A stretch of 64,000 bases of DNA from the human T2T-CHM13v2.0 reference genome, Homo sapiens, in the NCBI RefSeq assembly GCF_009914755.1, contig NC_060932.1; one strand, written 5' to 3'. The position numbers and the translations under genes were made by a program. Of the stretch, positions 57,052 through 64,000 are shown piece after piece; positions within the stretch are counted from its first letter, which is position 1; each line of letters starts with the position of its first letter. The notes below the pieces were generated by a model, which saw only the letters and a program-made list of their open reading frames with translations, was not told the DNA's origin and did no database searches.

Positions 57052-57685
57052 TCAGCATCTTCCCTCTTTATTCCTTTTAAATCCTGTATCGCACACTGGA
57101 GTTGTCCTAAGCTGAGGTTTGGGAAGTTGGCAAGTGGAAAGGATGGAGCAGTTGTGCTCCCAGTAGAAGAGGCGAGGCAGGAGGAAGGCATGTGAATCTC
57201 ATCATCCGGGTAGAATGTTGTTATAAGGCCGTGATCCTTTTCCTTGGAGTGATGCTTATTTATTTTGAGCCATGGTTTTTGGTTTTAGCTGCCTTTCCTA
57301 AATTCTTCACAAATTGGCCAGTTAGAAGCACAATGGGCCATTCACAGGAACCATGTTTTATTCCATCCTTACCCTTTCATTCTATGCTTTACAGGTACAA
57401 CTGGTCAGGGAGAACCAATGGCAGACATGTGCTATATCCCAACACACCTTGACTCTTGCTCTCACCGGAAGCTCAGCTTAGGGAAAGGAGATCTTAATAG
57501 GAGACAGAAGACCCGGACGCTGGTTTTGATTGTGCCCTTCTCCAGCTGTGTGGCCTTGAGCAGGTGACTTCACCAGTCTTGTCCTCCTATTTGTGAACAA
57601 ATAGCCCCAACTGTCTGAAGGCGGAAGCCTGGTTCACGCCTCTCAAGGTCCTTTCTCACTATGATATCTATGAACCAAGTAGTTA

Positions 57686-57933
57686 TTAGGTTGGTAACAG
57701 AAGTAATTGTGGTCTTTGCCATAAAAAGTAAATTTACTTTTTAATAGATTTTGGTTGGGCTCTTCATCATCTGTAAAAGCTTTGTGTTTTTCCTTTTGCT
57801 TTGAGTCATTTCTTTTTTTTTTTCTTTTTTTTTTTTTAAGATGGAGTCTCACTCTGTCACCGAGGCCGGAGTGCAGTGGCAGTAAATTTACTTTTAGTGA
57901 CAAAGACTGCAATTACTTTTGTTACCAACCTAA
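57686..57933. mobile_element. MADE1 (Hsmar1-derived MITE) carrying an internal templated insertion
   Basis: Arms TTAGGTTGGT...AAGTAATTG..GTCTTTGCCA and TGACAAAGAC.GCAATTACTTTTG.TACCAACCTAA, with TA on the left. Insert 57746-57880 copies 55883-56023. Confidence 0.9.
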
Positions 57934-58207
57934 ATAGTTAATGTATTACTGCCCTCATTGTAGCAAGAAAGAAAAAAAAAGAAGTTCAAATAAGTGATTT
58001 CTCAAGTCTCATGAAGTAAAGAAGATACATTAATGGAAAATTTGCTATAAGTCAAATGATATAAGTCAGACCAGATGACCCCCACCACTGTCCCCCAAGC
58101 CAGGAGATTTGTTGAGTACATTACTTTTACTTAGAAACAATGGCATAATATAAGGGAAATGAGATCATGTAAAATGTGCTCAGCATAGTGCCTAGGACAC
58201 AGTAAGA

Positions 58208-58744
58208 TGGCAGTCCCTAACCTTGGGGTCACAGACTAGTACTATTCTGTAGCCTGTTAGGAACTGGGCCGCACAGCAGGGGGTAAGCAGCGGTAGCGAA
58301 GTGAGTAAAGCTTCACCTGTATTTATGGCCATACCCCATTGCTTACATTAGCGCCTGAGCTCTGCCTCCTGTCTGATCAGCAACGGCATTAGATTCTCAC
58401 AGGAGCACAAACTCTATTGTGAACTGCTCATACAAGGGATCTAGGTTGCCCTCTCCTTATAAGACTCTAATGCCTGATGATCTGTCACTGTCTCCCATCA
58501 CCCCCAGATGGGACTGCCTAGTTGCAGGGAAACAAACTCAGGGTTCCCACTGATTCTACACAATGGTGAGTTGTATAATTATTTCATTATGTATTACAAT
58601 GTAATAATAACAGAAACAAAGTACACAGTATATGTAACGCATTTGAATCATTCTGAAACCACTCCCTCCCAACCCGCCCCAGTCCCTGGAAAAATTTTCT
58701 TCCATGAAACCAATCTTTGGTGCCAAAAAGGTTGGGGACTGTTA
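58208..58744. mobile_element. MER1A (hAT-Charlie), near full length
   Basis: 'GCCTGTTAGGAAC.GGGCCGCACAGCAGG', 'GGCATTAGATTCTCA', 'GGTGCCAAAAAGGTTGGGGAC'; 8-bp TSD CAGTAAG(A/G). Confidence 0.92.
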
Positions 58745-58824
58745 CAGTAAGGCATGAAGAAATGAATGCCTCTAGTGAAAATATTGACAGCTTCATTGTT
58801 ATCTTTTTATACAAAGCACTCCAT

Positions 58825-59143
<319 letters not shown>

Positions 59144-60442
59144 TCAGGTGTCTTATCTATCTATATGGTTTCAACTCAGCAAACAGGCACATACATTTTA
59201 ATTTAACATTACGTACTACATCTCCATGAATGATGCCTCATTTTAATTCCACATAATTGTGGTCTAATTTGACTATAATAGATAAAAATTGGAATAATAT
59301 GCTTACTTGGAGACAGGATGGTCTAATTATAAGAGTACAGGCTTTGGGGCCACGTGAAGTTTTTCCTTGCCACAAAAATTAGAGACTACGGTTTGACACG
59401 GTGCGTCTTCAGAAACAGGGACATTTTCTGCCATCCTGAGATGCTACTTGTCACATAAAGCTTCAATTTGTAGCTAACCTAATCCAGGGTATATCTGTCT
59501 TTGGAATGCAAAATCAAGTCTTATTCACAGTGAACTTTCGCCTTTGTTCCTTCGTCAGTTGGTTGCTTTTCAATGTAGAAAAAAAATGTTAAAGATTTGG
59601 CTTGAGAGGTACCCAAACTCAAAGACACAGAGCTCCAAATTTGATCCTAAACCGTCAAAAGCAAGCTTCTTTACATTTGGCTGTCTCTCTCAGTGCTTGC
59701 AAAATGACCTGCCATCTTTAGGCTCACCCAGGTGAATATTTATGCCAAGAGAAGTCTGACCTTTTAATACACTGGAGCTCCCATTGTATGAGCAAGTGGG
59801 CTCTGGAAATGTTTGCTGTCCGAAGTATGGATCCCAAGGGCTGAACTGAGTCCCAGATGCCTGTGTGAGTGAAGACCTGCAGTGCCCCTACTCAGCCTTC
59901 ACAAGAAGCATGTCTCTCTGTTCTGTCTTGTTATGGAGTTTCACTTCATTCACCTGAGACCTTAACCAACTTTTCCAATATCTACTAGTCTATTCTTCCA
60001 GGGCTGGACCCTGTTTTTTAATGGTTCCTGCCTCCTCAATGTCTGCCCTCCATCACCAAACTCTGGTCCTTGAGCACACCGAGAAAAACTCCCTGAATCT
60101 GACAGTCACCTGATTCTGAAAGCCACAGCTTACTCAGTGCCCCAGAAGCCCCAAGCAGGGGATCTCTGTCTGGGCTAAACCCTTGGACTTGTGATTCCTG
60201 ATCCTACCCCCACCTGACCGAGCTATGTAAACCAGGGTCAGCCACTTCTCCACACATACCTCCTTGCCTTCTGCCCTCACCCGCCCCACTCTAGGCCCAC
60301 TGGCCTTCTTCCTAGCCCCACTGGGACTTTTTAAACTTCGTTCTACTTTTGGTACTTCATGTTAGTTGAGGCCTCTGCTCAATGCACTCTGTCCTCCTAA
60401 CTAACATGATTTGCTACTTCTTATCACTCAGATCTCAACTTA

Positions 60443-60818
60443 TGTCTTAGTTCACATTGCTATACCAACAATACCATAGAGAATTATAAACAAGAGAAAT
60501 TTATTTCTTATGATTCTGGAGGCTGGAAGTCCAAGATCAAGGTGCTGGCAGATTTTCTGTCTGGTGAGGGTCCGCTTCCTGGTTCATAGATGGCCATCTT
60601 CTTGCTGAGTCCTCACAAGGTGAAAGGAGTAAGAGAGCTTTCTGGGGTCTCTTCTAGAAGGGCATTAGTCCCATTCATGAGGGCTCCACCCTCATGAACT
60701 ATTCACCTCCCAAAGGCTCCATCTCCTAACGCCCTCCCACTGGGGGTTAGGATTTCAATATATGAATTTGTGTGTGGGAGGGTGGATGTTATAGATCATA
60801 AACATTTGATCTACAGCA
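60443..60818 (-). mobile_element. MLT1A0-type solo LTR inside L2
   Basis: TGTCTTAGT...CTGGAGGCTGGAAGTCCAAGATCAAGGTG...CCCATTCATGAGGGCTCCACCCTCATGA...ACAGCA. Confidence 0.9.
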
Positions 60819-60899
60819 GCTTGTATGTCACTTTTTCAGAAAGATATTCTTTAATGACCTCAATTGCTTTCACATCACCTTTTAAAAATCATTACACGG

Positions 60900-61270
60900 T
60901 GCTATGGTTTAAAGGTATTCCCTAAAGTTCATGTGTTGTAAACGTAATCCCCAATGCCACAGCGTTGGGAAGTGGGGCTGAATAAGAGATGATGAGGTCA
61001 TGAAGGGAGAGTCCTCATGGATTAATGTCATTATCACAGGAGTGTGTTAGTTATCTTAAGAGTGGGCTTGTTATCAAAGCAAGTTTGGCTTCCTCTTGCT
61101 CACTTGCACTCTCATACTCTCTGATCTTTTCACCTTCTGCCATGAGATGATGCAGCAGGAAGGCCCTCACCAGATGCCCCTACCTCTAGAACTGTGAAGA
61201 ATAAATTTACTTTATAAATAAATTATCATCTATTGTGTTCTGTTATAGCAATACAAAGTGGACTATGACA
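60900..61270 (+). mobile_element. MSTB/MSTD-type solo LTR inside L2
   Basis: TGCTATGGTTT...CATGTGTTG.AAAC.TAATCCCCAATG...GAAGGCCCTCACCAGATGC...GGACTA.GACA. Confidence 0.88.
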
Positions 61271-61499
61271 CTTAGCATTTAACAGTAACTGACATGTAAC
61301 TATTTATTTATTTTCATTATCATGTGTCTTTCTGTCTGTTTCTGGCCATTAACCTCCTCCATGCCCTAACAAGCCAATTTAAGTTCCATGAAAGCAGTAA
61401 AATCCCAGACATAAAAGATTTAGCCTCATCTGTTTCAGCCTCTGCTATATTCCAGCATGGAGGATAACTCTTGGCATACAGAAGTTGCTAAATAAATGT

Positions 61500-62350
61500 T
61501 TACGAAATGAGTCAGTGCTAATCCCTTCCTGGGTAGGAGGGAGGACACAAACCCTAACTCTGCTAATTTCCTGACTTTTGCCACCACGTAGTCACCTCAG
61601 TTCACTTCCTCTTCCTCACGGGGGCATTCCTAACACCTACAGGGGTGGGATACACAGCGTTAAATAAATCTTCTGCATTTTGATGCAAGAGTACTACTGT
61701 CCTTACTTTTAAAATTAAATTCAAGTATATCAATAAAATTATGAAGCTTTTCCTATATTCCCTTTAAAGAACTCCCCTCTTCAACATGTTGCTAAAATTC
61801 TCCTTTCTAACTTTTCACAGTTGGTTTATCACCAATAAAGTAAAAATCTCACCCCAAGACATTCCTGTTTCTCTCTCTTTCTCTGTCTCTATCAGCCCTG
61901 TTTTTCCTCTGCCAAGCCTGAGGATCCCCAGGAAGGGCGGTGCTGGAGCAGAGATGCAGGGGAAAGGCACTGACGGATGGGGCTGAGCCAGGGAGCAGCC
62001 ATTTAGTGCTGCCCACCCGACTATAACAGGCTGTCACTGGGTGTGACAGGCAGTATGAGACATTGTAGGAAACTGAGAACTGCCCGGGGAAGGCAATGAT
62101 GAATGCCAAGCTGGGGTGGCCTGAAACAGCGATAGAAATTCTGAAGCATACCTTGCGGTGATGTGGCTTTGCTGAGCACTGCTTGAAAACAGGCTGGAAA
62201 GCCAGCCTCCCAGGTTGCCATTAGGAACAGAGCTGCTCAAAATAAAGGCAGCTCTCAGGAGAGTCTTGACTCACACAGATGAGGTTGGGCACATGGCTGT
62301 TATTCCAACCACACCCACACACACGTACACGCACACACCCAGAGGTGGTA
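61500..62350. promoter_or_regulatory. Candidate enhancer block (PU.1/IRF and AP-1 motifs)
   Basis: CACTTCCTCTT at 61603-61613 (minus strand AAGAGGAAGTGAACT, EICE-like); TGAGTCA ~61508 and TGACTCA ~62267; unique, GC-elevated sequence. Confidence 0.35.
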
Positions 62351-63149
62351 GTGACTGCCAAAGGTCAGCCCCTGATATAGAGTATGGAATATCTGTGTAA
62401 ATGGTATATAGAATATAACAGTGAAACTGGAAACAAGACTTAGGACATTTCAAATGAAATCCTCTGCAATGCTATTGAAATACTATTTGTAATTCTAATT
62501 CCTAACACTTAAAAATTTTGCATTGCACAGAACATTTTCTCTGCATTATCTTGCTTGATCCTTATAACAATATCATGTAGCAGGCGGAGCAAATAATATC
62601 ACACTTACAGTTGAGAAAATTGAAATTCAGAGTGGTCAAAAAAATTACCACAATGTCATACAGATTGTCAGATATTCTTGGAGGGTTCAATAGTATCTAA
62701 GAAGCCACATTTTTTTTCTCTTTTAACTTGGAGCAGCTTACATTAGCCTAAAGAAATTTTCATGAATCTATAATTTTGATTAAGTTAATAGGTAAAATTA
62801 TATTCCCAGAAAAGAGAAAATTGGGATGGGAGTAGTTTTATTCACTTTACAAAAGAAATATTAATTTAGCTAAAGAATGTGATATGGCTTGTTTAAATCA
62901 CAAATGAGAATATTTTAAAATAGCTCTATTGAGGTATATATACTGGTGCATTTAAACAATCAAAATTATTGTATAAATAAATAATCAAATCTAGAGCACA
63001 TGAAGGCTTCCTATGAAACAATAAGGAAAAAAGCAAAATTAAAATGGGCACAATGTATTACCAGCCAAGTCACGGAAGAAGAAATCCAAAACGTCAACAA
63101 ACATCTGCTTGGGAAGGAATGCTAGCACTTTCTCCATTCCTTCCTTTTT

Positions 63150-63543
63150 CTTGGACATGGCTGCCCAGCCAGACACATATATTTCCTATTCGTGAGACTA
63201 AGTCCTTGCCGATGAAATGTGACTGGAAGAAATGTGTGCAACTTCTGCCTTATTTGTCTGCAAGGAAATTGCTTTTCCTGAGCTTGTCTTTTTTTCCAAA
63301 AGCTGGTATGTGGCAACGACCTGACTTCAACCAGGAAGACAAGGTTGATGACCTAAGGAATAGCATTGTAGCAAATGGAAGGATCCCTGAGTGACTGTGT
63401 GGAGCAGAGCCCTCCTACCAGCCTGGACTAGCCAACATAAGATTAAGTAAGAAAAAGATCTTTTTTATTGAAATTCTTACCTAGATTACTATATCTGGAG
63501 ATCTCTTTGTTACAGCTGCTTAGCCTTTACACTAACTAGTACA
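63150..63543 (+). mobile_element. MLT1J-type LTR
   Basis: 'GTGGAGCAGAGCC..CC.ACCAGCCTGGAC', 'CTCTTTGTTACAGC.GCTTAGCCT..AC.CTAACTA.TACA'. Confidence 0.7.
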
Positions 63544-63579
63544 ATGACCAATCTAACTAGTAGTCTGGGAAATCAAAGT

Positions 63580-64000
63580 CAAAAAAAGGTATCATTTCAT
63601 ACCCTAAGTTTGGCCACACTTTAAAAGCCTGGTGATATCAAGAACAAGGATATGGGAAATGAGAAACTCTCATATATTTCTGGAAGGAGTGCAAATTGGA
63701 ACAACTACTTGGAGAACAATTTGTCAGTATTACTAAAGTAGAAAATAAGTATTCCCTGCAACTCATTCATTTCAATTCTAGGTCTAGTAACTTTATATAC
63801 TCAGACATGCCTCAAAGGTCATTAAAACAACATTTGTATTAGCAAAAAATTAGTAACAATATGAATGTTCATTGTAAGAGGATGGATGAATAAATTGTGA
63901 TATTCATACAATAGAGTACAGTCAACAGTTAAAATAGATGAACTGCATCTGCATGTATTAACATGAATAGATTTTTAAAACATATTATTGAAGGGGACAG
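63580..64000 (+). mobile_element. L1ME ORF2-end/3'UTR fragment
   Basis: 'AAGGATATGGG.AA..GAGAAACTCTCATA...GGGAGTG.AAATTGG.ACAAC.ACTTGGA', 'GGATGAATAAATTGTG.TATATTCATACAAT'. Confidence 0.8.

Noticed and set aside
57755-57937. Paralogous small ORFs '[15 protein letters not shown]' at 55892 and 57755 as a gene family
   Set aside because: Explained by the local templated duplication. Both start at non-ATG codons and run into Alu sequence.
62336-62352. CTCF-like motifs here and near 36640-36675
   Set aside because: Too many mismatches at core positions.

Overview
Primate (human-like) non-coding genomic DNA, roughly half interspersed repeats: about 30 Alu/FLAM copies, old L1 (PA/MA/MC/ME) and L2 fragments, MIRs, MaLR solo LTRs (THE1/MST/MLT1) and DNA-transposon fossils (Tigger3, Charlie1, MER1A, MER33, MER45, MER53, MADE1). 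I found no protein-coding exon that I can recognise, and almost all ORFs in the track are Alu/L1/microsatellite read-throughs or chance frames. The best gene-like signal is a GC-rich, motif-dense candidate promoter/first exon on the minus strand (~5010-5930) with a strong splice donor. I cannot name the gene. The most unusual structure is a MADE1 (Hsmar1 MITE) hairpin at 57686-57933 whose palindromic centre holds a ~135-bp templated copy of sequence 1.86 kb upstream, flanked by a 15-bp duplication. Other notable items are a possible tiny orphan retrocopy, a twin-primed L1, a four-level nested transposon stack, an in-frame L2 endonuclease fossil and AP-1/NF-kB/PU.1 motif clusters. I see no evidence of a new multi-gene system. 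Repeat subfamily calls come from recalled consensus sequences, not from RepeatMasker, and boundaries of old repeats are approximate.
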